From assembly GCF_006345805.1 (NCBI RefSeq), contig NC_043009.1, positions 50,096,001 through 50,160,000 of the forward strand: DNA of 64,000 bases. Direction: 5' to 3'. Positions 25,540-37,570 of this stretch are shown here, one piece after another (the first letter of the stretch is position 1; each line of letters begins with the position of its first letter). The DNA is from Octopus sinensis. Its lineage: Eukaryota. Under the pieces are notes generated by a model, which saw only the letters and a program-made list of their open reading frames with translations, did no database searches and had not been told where the DNA came from. The position numbers were made by a program, and so were the translations under genes.

Positions 25540-26100
25540 AGGTGAGAAATTAGAGAGGTATTATACAAAGGGAGAGAGAGAGTTGCACGTGTATGTAAGT
25601 GTAAATGTTTGAAGAGTTAAACAGTAGTAATAGAGAGAGTAAGTGGTATTTGGGGATAAGGTAAATGAAAGCCAGTGTGGGAATAATGAGAGATAAGGTG
25701 AGATTGAGAGAGGGATAAAATGAATAGTGAGTGGAAAGTGAAAAGGAAAAAGAGAAGATAGAAAGTGTGTGTGTATGAGAGAGAGAGGGAGAGAGAGAGA
25801 AAGGCAGAAAATGAAAGAATGATAGCTAAGGAAAGAAACAGAATGGAAAAGGAAGAAAGAGAAACAAGAATGAAAAAGAGAGAGTGTGTGAGAGTGAGAG
25901 GGAGAGAGATAGATAGAGAGACACTGAAGGAAGTTACAGAGTGAAAGGAAGAGAGAATGAAGTTTAAGAGAGAGAAGAAAGGATAGGAGAGAGTTAATGA
26001 AAGGATAAAGGAGATAGAGAGAAGCCTGAGAGAGACAGAGATGGGAAAGGGATAAGCAGCAGACTGAGGAAGAGGATGGATATGTGGGTAGATATGTATG
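25540..26100 (+). repeat. Purine-rich (GA/GAA) low-complexity tract
   Basis: Strong A+G bias on the plus strand; explains the S/L/F-rich 242-aa ORF at 25561-26289. Confidence 0.8.
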
Positions 26101-26543
26101 AATTATGTACATAATCATATCAAAAGTGTGTGAGGAATAAACTGAATAGATATATAAAGCAGAGAGTGATAGTGCATATGCAAGTGTGTGCATATATGTG
26201 GAAAGAGCGTATAGATATATGAATAGAATGTCACACAAACAAACACATACAAACAACAACAAAAGAATCATCTTTTTCCCAGCCTCCATTTTTATGTTGC
26301 CAAATAAACAATTTAATAAGCTTTATTATATATTTTTATTCGTTTTTTTTTTTTTTTTTTACAAACTAAAAGGTCAACAAGCTGAATGCTTCATTTACGA
26401 CTCCCTCAAGAATATAAAAGCTATGGGCTGGATCTCTCCCTTGTGATAGCCGAAGTTATAAAAGGAGACTGTAAATGAAACATAAATAAAAAAGAGAGCA
26501 ACAACAACAAACAAACAAAAAACACTTAATTTACTAAAAGTTG

Positions 26544-26597
26544 TTTGGCGCCATTTTCTAAAAGCCCCGCCCAAGCAAGCAGACAACACACGCCCCC
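26544..26597. promoter_or_regulatory. Candidate promoter/enhancer motif cluster (E2F-like, YY1, GC box, CACGCCC)
   Basis: TTTGGCGC 26544-26551, CGCCATTTT 26549-26557, GCCCCGCCC 26564-26572, CACGCCCC 26589-26596, in non-repeat AT-rich DNA. Confidence 0.4.
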
Positions 26598-27088
26598 TAA
26601 AAGCTAATGTACACAACACCATATAACCTCTTTTAATTGCATCATGGATGCTTGTTAATTTTATTCCCTTCATCATTATCATTATTATTGCTACAGGGAG
26701 GTGCCTTGCCTGTTCTGCAGTTGGAGAAGTGCACAGAATGATGAAACCATCCAGCATACGCTCATTTAGTCTCTATGCATTACTGATTTGTGGGTTTATG
26801 TCTAACAGCTGTTAGCATATGTGGTATGGATTCTGCTTTCAGCTAAGTTTATTGTGATGATCAAATTTAAGCCATCTTCTAGCGAAGAAGAGTAGGGACT
26901 CTTCTGCAGCTTGGTAGCTATGACAAATGAAGTTATAAAGTAGATGTAATTCGAAACATTTGAGGACCCAGTTCTTTCTCTCGGTTCCAGCCATCTTAAA
27001 TTTCTTTGAGTAACACTTGAAGAGGAATATAAGAGTATAGAGGGAGTTGCTGCTCTCCAGTAAAATTTATAAACTGAAGATGGTGAAG

Positions 27089-27268
27089 GTAGGCCGTTAC
27101 GTTCTGAGTTCAAATTCCGCCGAGGTCGACTTTGCCTTTCATCCTTTCGGGGTCGATTAAATAAGTACCAGTTATGCACTGGGTCGATATAATTGACTTA
27201 ATTTGTTTGTCTGTCCTTGTTTTTTCCTCTCTGTGGTTAGCCCCTTGTGGGTAGTAAAGAAATAGGTA
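27089..27268 (+). mobile_element. SINE working family C, 5'-truncated
   Basis: GTTCTGAGTTCAAATTCCGCCGAGGTCGAC...GCCCCTTGTGGGTAGTAAAGAAATAGG; matches 43391-43560. Confidence 0.85.
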
Positions 27269-27699
27269 ACATGGTTAAATGGACCTTGTTTAACATTGTG
27301 GTAGTAGGTTGGTAAGAAGAACTGAGAAAAGGCATTTGCTTTCAAAGGGTGAGGGTAATCCAGGGCGGTGTGTACATGTATGGTTGCACCCTGCCAGTTT
27401 GTGGTCTTTCTTTTATTTCTATTCAGTACTATCTAATTATTAATGTGTCTATATTGCTATCATTGTTTCATCCTTTTAATTGATGTAAATCTCCCACTGT
27501 TTCTTGCTGGTTTTCTCTGTTATATTTTGCTTTGTACTGTCCCTAATGTCTTGAGCCCATGCGGCCAATACTACTACTACTACTACCAACACTACTACCA
27601 ACACTACTACCACCACCACTGATGCTACTGCTACTATTGTTTAAATTGTTGTGTTGCTTTTGATGTTATTATTGTATCATCATCATCACCATTGTTGTT

Positions 27700-27776
27700 G
27701 TTATTATTATTATTATTATTATGTTTTTATTGATTTTTGTTAGCCCTTGTGGCCAATAAACGAATGAATTATTATT

Positions 27777-27807
<31 letters not shown>

Positions 27808-27885
27808 TTATTATCATTATTATTATTATTATCATTATTATTATTATTATTATTATTATCATTATTATTATGATTATTATTATTT
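27700..27885. repeat. (ATT)n microsatellite
   Basis: Directly visible. Confidence 0.95.
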
Positions 27886-28377
27886 CTAACACTGTTGTTG
27901 AAAAGGACAGTGGAAATTATGCAGACAGTAAGGAACCAGCCAGACACAGCAATATGCTTCCGGGTTGCTATTTCAGTGCTATTTCATGCTTCTGAGTTCA
28001 AATCCCACTAGAGTTTTGTCCAGTACTTTTCTCCAGGCAAATTAAATACCACTGTACATTGGCTATTGGGTGAGTGGAAGGGAGAATAATCCCCCCATCT
28101 GGACCTCATTTCTCCTGATGCTTACTGAAAATGAAATCAATAATATTAATAACACACACACACACACACACACACACTCCCTCTCTCTCTCTCTGATTGT
28201 AAGTCTCAAAGAAGGCAATGCATAGCAAGGCATGGTTATGTTCTTGACACTCTGAATCCACAGCCAAAATTCAATTCCCCATTAGAACAGAATCTTTTTT
28301 TTTTTTGCCATAAATGTCTTGAGAATAGCAGTTAATGACACAATCTCATATTCCATTTCCTTGATATACATATCTCA

Positions 28378-28621
28378 TCATCATCATCGTTTAACGTCCG
28401 TTCTCCATGCTAGCATGGGTTGGACGGTTCGACTGGGGATCTGGGAAGCCAGAAGGCTGCACCAGGCTCCAGTCTTATCTGGCAATGTTTCTACAGCTGG
28501 ATGCCCTTCCTAACACCAACCACTCCGTGAGTGTAGTGGGTGCTTTTTACGTGCCACCTGCACTGGAGCCAGGCGAGGCTGGCATCGGCCACGGTCGGAT
28601 TGGTGCATTTTACGTGCCACC
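28378..28621 (-). mobile_element. 5'-truncated SINE family B
   Basis: (CAT)n tail; near-identical to 48976-49170; repeated GGTGC(T)TTTTACGTGCCACC motif. Confidence 0.85.
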
Positions 28622-28803
28622 ATATCTATATATGATAATGATCAAATTTATTAATGATAACAAGGATGATAATCTTTTTATTTTTTTCTTTGTGTACAAG
28701 TGTAAATTTTTGTCTGATGAAAATAAATGATTTCCTCAACACCCTGAGTATATTTCATCTGATTATTTGCATATTCTGTGTTAATATTAGTTTGGAAAGA
28801 GAT

Positions 28804-29678
28804 TTAACCCTTAAGCATAAAGATTATTCGGATCTTTTCCTTTTGAACGGCAGATGTCAACACAATTTCTAGTGAACTAAACACTTTTAAACTTCGTATA
28901 CTGGTAGAATGTGTTGATAAAACATCATTTTCTCTTGGTTTTATTGAGAAAATTCTATAGTTTGTGAGATATTTTGTCTGAAAATCCAAGCATTTCAGCA
29001 ATTTTAACCAATCGATTACCTCCATTCAACTAAAATCATTTCTGCGTCTAAAACTGAGACAACATCCTGTAACTAACCCTAAACCTCCCCCTAACCCTAA
29101 CCCTAAATTTTGTTTTCTTAATTGTTAAATTAATTTAATTCCATTGCTTTAGTTTTTTTACACGCGTAACAATTAAATTAATTTAAAAATTAAGAAAAAA
29201 AAAATTTAGGGTCAGGGTTAGAGTTAGGGGGGAGGTTTAGGGTTAGTTAGAGGATGTTGTCTCAGTTTTAGACACAGCAACTGATTTTAGCTCAAAAGAG
29301 AGCATAGGATTGGTTAAAATTCGAAAAATTAAACTACGTTAAACAAACAAATTACAATTCTCTCAAGAAAGCCAAGAGAAAAAAATGTTTTATTTTGACA
29401 CATTCTACCAGTATACGAAGTTTTAAAGTGTTTAGTTTACTAGAAATTGTCTGCTGTTCAAAAGGAAAAGATTCAATTATTCTGTCAAATGAAATACTTA
29501 TCCATTCACATTGTTTTGAATTAATCACACAATATTTCATGCTTTTCAAATTTTATGTAAATCTGTTTTTAGAATGACATTGTAAAGTAGGTGTGTGAGG
29601 CCAGATCTGATCAGTTTGAACATGAAACAAGCAGAATATTTGGGCTGGGCATGACTGGTTTACATGCTAAAGGGTTAA
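28804..29678 (+). mobile_element. piggyBac-like MITE, working family P2, interrupted by a foldback element
   Basis: TTAA-CCCTTAAGCAT ... ATGCTAAAGGG-TTAA; removing 28830-29482 gives a sequence matching 48794-49220. Confidence 0.85.
28830..29474. mobile_element. 645-bp foldback (long-TIR) non-autonomous DNA element with (CCCTAA)/(TTAGGG)-like repeats
   Basis: Arms 28830-29140 and 29171-29474 are reverse complements; 30-bp spacer; 8-bp TSD GATTATTC/AATTATTC (28822-28829, 29475-29482). Confidence 0.85.
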
Positions 29679-29934
29679 TATAAGCAGGATTTTACAGCTA
29701 GATGCTCTTTCCTGTTGCCACCTTTATCTAACCTGTTTATCAAGTAAGGGATATCTTTCTTACACAGGACTTCAGAAATACACAGACTAATCAATCTTAA
29801 TATCAAAACTGCTATATGTTTTATTGACAGATCTGCAAAGGAAGAGAATAGTTGATAGAATCACAAGAATGATGGACATAACTAAATACTATCAAGAAAC
29901 AAACCTGGAATATTAAATATGTGAAACTTATCTT

Positions 29935-30340
29935 TCATCTTTTACTTGTTTCAGTCATTAGATAGTGGCAATGCTGAAGTACCACCTTGAAGAATTCCTA
30001 GTCGGATGTATCAGTCCCAATACTTATTTTTTTTTTAAAGTCTGGTGTTTATTCTATTGGTCTCTTTTACCAAACGGCTAAGTTATGAGGATGTAAGCAC
30101 ACCAACACTGATTGTAAAGCAGTGGTGAGGAACAAACAGAGACAAAAAGACACACTCACATACATGCATACATATATGATGAGCTTCTTTCAGTTTCTAT
30201 CCACCAAATCCACTCACAAGGCTTTGGTCAATCAGAGGCTATAGTGGAAGACACTAGCCCAAGGTACCATGCAGAAGGATTGAACACGGAACCATGTATT
30301 TGGGAAGCCAACTTCTTACCACACAACCATACCTGTGCCT
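29935..30340 (-). mobile_element. Older SINE family A
   Basis: Diverged full-length reverse-complement match to family A. Confidence 0.8.
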
Positions 30341-30731
30341 ATGATAATTGATAATTTTTTCTAACATTGAGAAAAAAAGTCACAAATCTGTAAGGGAATG
30401 GTATTAATGATTTACTAAACCTCAATATATAACTGATACTTCTCAAGAATTAGAACGTAAAAATGCCCCAGAATGTTACAATTTTGTCTCCTGCTCTGAC
30501 ATTTCAGTTACTCCATTTCTTTTATAATTACAATAAACCAGTGGGTCTTGTGTCTAAAGTAGAAAAGAAATACAATAGACCAGTGCAGTTGTTTTTGTTG
30601 TTTAGTTCCACATCAGACCCTTGTCTAAGTAGTCTGAGAATCAATAGAGTTCCAGCTTTGATCATTGTATCTTTTTCTCAAGCATAGTATATCCAAGACT
30701 ACAATATCCAATGTGAACTCCTCTTTTTGAA

Positions 30732-31212
30732 ATCATCATCATCATTGTTCGACCGTAGTCGAAACAATGGAATTTACCATGCTACGCCAGACTTCACAGT
30801 CCATCATAGCATTACGGAGGTCCTGTTGTTGGATGCCTGTATCCCTGGAGATTACATCAGGGTAGGAGAGTGTGCGCCCTCTGGTATTGCGAGTAGATGG
30901 CTTCCAGAGGAGAAGAGTAGAAATTGCCTCGTTTTCAGCTCTACAACAATGTCCAGCAAACTGGACTCTCCTACCTTTCACAAGAGAAGACACAGGTGGT
31001 AGTTTCCCATATATTTGCATTTTGGTTGGATGACGCTTCCCCCCGAGAGATTTTGAGCTCTCATAAGGAGGCGAGTGTAGGTTCCATCCAACCGCCTCTC
31101 AAGCTTCTTTGATAACGTCCAGGTTTCTGAGCCATATAGTAGAACTGATTCGACAGTGGCTTTGAAGATTTCAAGTTTGAAGTCTCTACTTAGATTTGAT
31201 GACCAGATCTTT
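30732..31212 (-). mobile_element. 5'-truncated RTE-X-like LINE 3' end with one frameshift and (TGA)n tail
   Basis: KIWSSNLSRDFKLEIFKATVESVLLYGSETWTLSKKLERRLDGTYTRLLMRAQNLS / KRHPTKMQIYGKLPPVSSLVKGRRVQFAGHC...LLWKP...TLSYPDVISRDTG...; frameshift in the C run 31039-31044; flanked by the two halves of a family E repeat. Confidence 0.85.
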
Positions 31213-31734
31213 AAAATAGAACAATGTGATTTGAGGGAGGTTGGCTGGTATTTCAAGCTGGTTGTGTAAGTTTTTATGTTTGTGTTGATGTTTGAGTCAC
31301 GATAGAATAGACAGTGAAATATATACACCCAGGTAGTGTTGTAAAGTCACAGCAATACAATCATTGGTAACAACCAACACATACAACCAGTACAGCTATA
31401 TAAGCAATAGTAATAACCCCAAAGCCAGTTACTGTGGTAAAAAAAAAAAAACAATGGTAATAACTAACACATATGAGAATTTTCAGAATGATGAAGAGTT
31501 GTAGATAATGTTAGTAATTATCTATATTAAAAAGAAAATATTAAAAAAAAAGTTTAAAATGAAATAGAAAATTGGTGCACTCCCCACCCTAAGCATACAT
31601 ACTTATATGCAAAATAAAAAAAATGCAAAGAAAAGAAAAATCAAAATAAATGAAAACACTGAAGATTATGAGGAAATTATTACAACAACCAGCAAAACCA
31701 AAAGAAAAAAACATCTCTAAACAAATAAGGATTA

Positions 31735-31735
31735 A

Positions 31736-31798
<63 letters not shown>

Positions 31799-31930
31799 TG
31801 TATGTATGTATGTATGTATGTATGTATGTATGTATGTATGTGTGTATGTATGTAGTATGTATGTATGTATGTATGTATGTATGTGTATGTATGTATGTAT
31901 ATGTATGTATGTATGTATGTATGTATATGT
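31735..31930. repeat. (TATG)n tetranucleotide microsatellite
   Basis: Directly visible. Confidence 0.95.
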
Positions 31931-32739
31931 AAGCATGTATGTACACACACATACACACAAACACATATATATATATGCATATACACAAACATATATATAC
32001 ACACAGACACATAAATGCATATATATATATACTTGTATGTACATGTGTGCACACATCAGTATATATATATATTTATGTATATACATACATGTATGTATAC
32101 AGATGCTCACACACACACGTGTGTACGCATGTATGTGTGTGTTTGTTCGTATACATACAGATATACATACATATATACACACACAGATATACATATATAC
32201 TTGTATCTACACACACAAATATACATATACATTGTACATACACATATACACATGTATATATGTGTGTATGTGTGTATATACATGAGTGTGAGTATGTATG
32301 TGTATATATACTTTTATATATGACTACCTGTGTATGAATGTATATATACTTTTAGATGTGTATGTGTGTGAATAAAATGTGTAATAAAAATAAATGACAT
32401 AAAAGGAATAAAAAAAACAAACATAAAAGATATATATCACATAAAAAGAAAAAAAAAAGAATTTGCAGAGATTCCAGCTGAACCAATTATTCTGTTCGGC
32501 AGTGGTCGATATTTCCAGTGAAGATACGATCACGTGAGAAAATAAACGAGCAAAGAACCCTACCCCCACCCCCCCTCTCACCATCTACCTGACAGTGGTA
32601 TAACTGTTCGCACAGAATTAAATCCTACTTTTTCTCTTCTCTCCTACAATTAGGAGGAAGAGAGGTAAACATTAAAATAAAAAGAAAAAAGATAAAATTA
32701 AGAAATAATACCAGGAAAGCAAGAAAAACATGTAAAAGT

Positions 32740-32765
32740 TCATGTATGTATATATATATATATAT

Positions 32766-32799
<34 letters not shown>

Positions 32800-32901
32800 A
32801 TATGTGTATATATATATATATATATATAGATATATATATATATATATGTATATATGTGTATATATATATATATATATATAATATATATATATATATATGT
32901 A

Positions 32902-32963
<62 letters not shown>

Positions 32964-33040
32964 TTGTATATATATGTTTGTGTGTCTGTATATATATGCA
33001 TGTATATATGTGTGTGTATATATATATATATATATGCATG
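32740..33040. repeat. (TA)n compound microsatellite
   Basis: Directly visible. Confidence 0.95.
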
Positions 33041-33044
33041 TGTA

Positions 33045-33107
33045 TAAGAGAAGAGCAAATCTGTTGCTTCCAATTCTAACAGTTGAAGATTTGTTCTTCT
33101 CTTACAG
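33045..33107 (+). ncRNA. Candidate pre-miRNA / tailed-mirtron-like hairpin
   Basis: 18-bp stem (17 Watson-Crick + 1 G-U) 33045-33062 / 33087-33104; the 3' arm is a pyrimidine tract ending CTTACAG; branch-like TTCTAAC in the loop. No known miRNA recognised. Confidence 0.3.
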
Positions 33108-33644
33108 GAAAAGCTGAAGATATCTGCAGACTTATTTTTCACCATATTCTATGTAGTTCCACCACATAATGTTCATTTTTAACACGTGTGTTGTGCGTGG
33201 GGGTGTCTGTAAGTGTAGATGGATGTAAATATGAATGCATCTGTCTTTGTTCATGTGTTTGAGTAGCAGTTTGAAGATGCGCATTTATGTGTGTATATAT
33301 GTGCATGTTAGTACATGTACAGTGCATACTTACATATATCCACATATATATATATATATATATATGTATCTGCTATGCATTTCTTTAATAATATATCTGT
33401 GTGCAGTTTCAGATATGTGGCTCTTCTATATGTATGTACTTGCAAATATACAGTAATATATTTCGTGTATATGCATGCGCACGAGTGCTTCTGTATACAT
33501 CAGTGTGGGTATGTGTATTTATTTGCATGCGTGAGGGTGTGTGTGCATACATCAGTATGTGTGCTGGTTGGTGCATTCCTCAGCATGTATATAGGTTCAT
33601 GAATACTTGAGTTTGCACTTTAAGTATGTGTGTATACTCTCTCT

Positions 33645-34018
33645 CTCTTTTACTCTTTTACTTGTTTCAGTCATTTGACTGCGGCCATGCTGGAGCACCG
33701 CCTTTAGTCGAGCAAATCAACCCCGGGACTTATTCTTTGTAAGCCCAGTACTTATTCTATCATTCTCTTTTTGCCGAACCGCTAAGTGACGGGGACGTAA
33801 ACACACCAGCATTGGGGACAAACACAGGCACACAAACACACACACACATATATATATACATATATACGACAGGTTTCTTTCAGTTTCCGTCTACCAAATC
33901 CACTCACGGCCCGGGGCTATAGCAGAAGACACTTGCCCAAGATGCCATGCAGTGGGACTGAACCCGGAACCATGTGGCTGGTTAGCAAGCTAGTTACCAG
34001 ACAGCCACTCCTGCGCCT
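33645..34018 (-). mobile_element. Young SINE family A
   Basis: Reverse-complement match to 62322-62731 with small internal deletions. Confidence 0.92.
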
Positions 34019-34099
34019 ATATGTGTATATGTGTGAACAAATGTGAGCTTGCATGATGTGTAAGCACATATCCATGAGTGTATAAATGTATTCTTTTTT

Positions 34100-34510
34100 T
34101 TCCCTTTTTTAATTGTTTTAGTCATTTGACTGTGGCCAAGCTGGAGCACCACCTTGAAGGGTTTTAGTTGAACAAATCGACCGAAGGACTTATTTTTTCA
34201 AAGCCTAGTACTTATTCTATCAGACTCCTTTGCTGAACCTCTAAGTTATGAGGATGTAAACATACCAACACTGGTTATCATGCAGTGATGGAGGGACAAA
34301 CAAACACAAAGACACACACACAGATAGATAGATACATATATATATATGTATATATATGTTGGGCTTCTTTCAGTTTCCATCTACCAAATCCACTCACAAG
34401 GCTTTGATTGGCCTGAGGCTATAGTAGAAGACACTTGCTCAAGGTTCCACACAAAGGAACTGAACCCAGAACCATGTGGGTCAAAAACAAGCTTCATTAC
34501 CACACAGCAT
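34100..34510 (-). mobile_element. Older SINE family A, same orientation as the adjacent copy
   Basis: Diverged full-length match. Confidence 0.85.
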
Positions 34511-34593
34511 GTATAATAAATGGGCATCATTGAACAAGTGTCTGTAAAGGGTTTGGCTCACCCTAAAGAAAAATGCAGAGTGTGTGTGAGTGT

Positions 34594-34656
<63 letters not shown>

Positions 34657-36124
34657 GTGAGGTGGGGTACAATATAACAGCTAGCCTTTTATGGAATAAA
34701 AGGGGTTGGCAAGATTATTCTCTAGACTTAACAGAAGTGTGGACACCCTTCTAATTTCTATCCCCCTTCATCATGATCATGATCATTATCATTATCACCA
34801 ACAACATCACCAACACAAGACTCCTTCCCATCTCTGTTCTTGCTATCTCTCTCCCCACAACCCAACCAATGTATTCCATCACACATCATTAATTAAGGAT
34901 ATAGATGGCAATACAATTCCTGACTAATTGCTAACTTTTGTTTACTTGACCTCCACCTTGTCTTCCTTAATCGGCTGTCTGTCTGTGTGCCACAATGAAG
35001 GTTGGTGGTTGCCGTAGTGAAGGAGGAAGAGAGGGAGGAAGATTTGTTTGTTACTCCTGCCTGTATTTCCAGCCACAGTCCGACTTATATCAATTTATTT
35101 AGCAGGACTAGGAAGGAGGGGGGTTGATAATGATTGTATAATAAATCACAACAAATGATGAAGCATGCTTGTGTCTGTGCATGGATGTGAGTGTGGGTAT
35201 GTGTGTGTTTGTACGTATGTGCACGAGCGTCTGATTGTATGTGCATATGGAAATGTGTACATTCTTTGAACGCGTGTGTTTTGTGTGGTTATATTTTCAT
35301 GTCCAGATGGGAACGAATCCCTGCTTAAATGTGTTTATCTATTTTATATTTCAAATTATGTGTTCAGATGTATGCATTGTTCTAAAGCCCTGAGTCAGCA
35401 CTTGGTGATCAGACTTAAAGTCAAAGGTTCCAACCATGACCATCTTTTTTTTTTTTTGTATATTTAGGACTACATTGTCTAATGAGTCCTTCTCTTTTTT
35501 ACTCAGTCTGACAAAAAGGATATTTGACTGATATTTCTAACAGGTTCAGGAACCATGTAGAGGTATCCACATTAATTAATTGGTTTATGTGTTTGTGTTT
35601 TGTGTAGAGGGGCTATAAAACACTGAAAGATCTCACTAAGCTCCACTTAATAGTTTTTTTTTATAAATTTTTTTTTTTAGATAAATATTCTTTTTTTTCG
35701 TTTCCAGTCATTGGTCACAATCATCCAAGATCTTTTTTTTTTTTGCTGTCACATACCTTAATCCTAGCCTGATACTTATTTTATCGATTTCTATTGAATG
35801 GTTCCTATTTAGAAGAAAGGAATATGATGTAGTACTCAGTTTTCTTTTTTAAATTTGACGCATTGATTTACACCTATTATATATATAAATATATACATCA
35901 GTGTAAATTGGAACATGTGTATATAAGACAGAAAAATATTGTAATCTCACCTGCAAGATTTGAACACATCTGCTGTAGACTGCATAGCTGTGCTAACCAC
36001 TGCACCAAAGCAATACCACAACTGTCCAAATCAGAAGAATTAATCTAAGCAGCTAAAGTTACACATACCAGTGGCCTCTCAATGAGAATCTTAAGCCGCC
36101 CAGCATCAAGTCATGTGGTTATCT

Positions 36125-36157
<33 letters not shown>

Positions 36158-36929
36158 GGGGCAGACAGACAGAGAGTGGAGAAAGAGAAGATGGCACTGC
36201 AGGATTCAAATGTTGCATCTATTATAAACTGTATACAATGAAGCAGCATGATCTAGTGATCAAGATGATGAACTTCCAGTCAACGATTTGACTGTTGAGC
36301 CAAGTAGTGCATTGTAAACAGTTTGATCATTTCAGTTTAAACATCTTGAAAATTCAGAGCAGCTCCAGCCTCAAATTACACCCCATATTCTATGAAAAGA
36401 AGGACACTTTGATAATGTAATTCTAGATACTTTGTTGTAATAAAAGATGGGATGGTCACAACAGAAACATCTACAGCAGGGTTGATGTTACTACTACTGC
36501 TACTATGGTTAGATTTTGTCTTAGTACAAAGTCAATTTCTATAGGAGATGACTACAATCAGTGTAATCAACCTAAGTGCATTGCAGGTACTTATTTATTC
36601 CTCCAAATAGTCAAATGAGAAAGTAAAAAGATTAATGAATTTGAACTGACCATGTAAATAACTAAAATACGCAAGACTAGTCTGCTGCTGTTTTTCCCAG
36701 CTGCACAATTACAAATAATAATAATAATAATAATAAAGAGTTTTCTAACTTTTGAACAAACAAATTAGGAGAGATGAGTATTAAAAAAAAAATTAACTTA
36801 AATATGTCACAGATATTTATTTTATGAAATGTAGAAAGATGGAAAGCAAAATCTAGCTAAGTCAACCTCAAAACAAAAGTAGGAAACTAAATATCTCAAG
36901 GCATTTAATACACAATTCTATTGCATTGA

Positions 36930-36944
36930 TATAATAATAATAAC

Positions 36945-37000
<56 letters not shown>

Positions 37001-37012
37001 TAATAATAATAA
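36930..37012. repeat. (AAT)n microsatellite
   Basis: Directly visible. Confidence 0.95.
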
Positions 37013-37069
37013 TTGATATTATTATATAATTATATACCAGAAATGTACATATTGCTACAGACGGCTGGC

Positions 37070-37570
37070 TTAATCATGTGCCAGACAAAGTCTAAGTGAA
37101 CTTGGTAAACCAAAGATTCTGGTTGACATCCAGACAGAATAATTGAACACTATAGACAAGATATCATGATGTATGACATGAGAAAAAGAAAAAAATAAGA
37201 AATGCATAATGGACGTTGCAATTCCTTGTGGCAATAACATTGCAGACAAAAGTAAAAAAGAAGAAAAGTTTACAAAATATACCGAATTAAAAATAGAACT
37301 ATCAAGAAAGTGGGAATGCCCAGCAGCAAAAGGGAAAGTCATATCAATTGTTATTTGAATTAGATTCAATATTGAAAAAAAATATCATGCCATCAGGAAC
37401 AAGTGGACATCTGGTCAGACACACAAGTGCTCCCCAAACTCTTCCCTCTCTGGAAAAGATCATATTCTTAGAAAGGTACTTGCTGAGTCCTTTTGTTTAA
37501 GTTTGGCTGTTAGTTTGAAGTAAAAAGGAACAATATGTTAGATAGAATCTGTACAGTGGAGAAATGATAA
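37070..37570 (+). mobile_element. Decayed 3' end of an R4/Dong-like LINE (restriction-like endonuclease domain)
   Basis: Frame-shifted translation HVPDKV..ILVDIQTE..EHYRQDIMMYD..IMDVAIPCGNNIADKSKKEEKFTKYTELKIELSRKWEC..KVISIVI*..HILRKVL matches the ILWDF.IQTD/RRPD/IIDVAIP/EK..KY..L/VPIVIG/HILRKVL pattern of R4-clade elements. Confidence 0.75.

Noticed and set aside
29060-29250. Telomere fusion or mini-chromosome scar
   Set aside because: Repeats are few and degenerate, lie in CCCTAA...TTAGGG order (opposite to a fusion), and are explained as the two arms of a TSD-flanked foldback element
35758-35805. 48-nt minus-strand exon candidate with GTATGT donor
   Set aside because: Contains TACTTATTTTATCGA, a family C SINE remnant; probably repeat-derived
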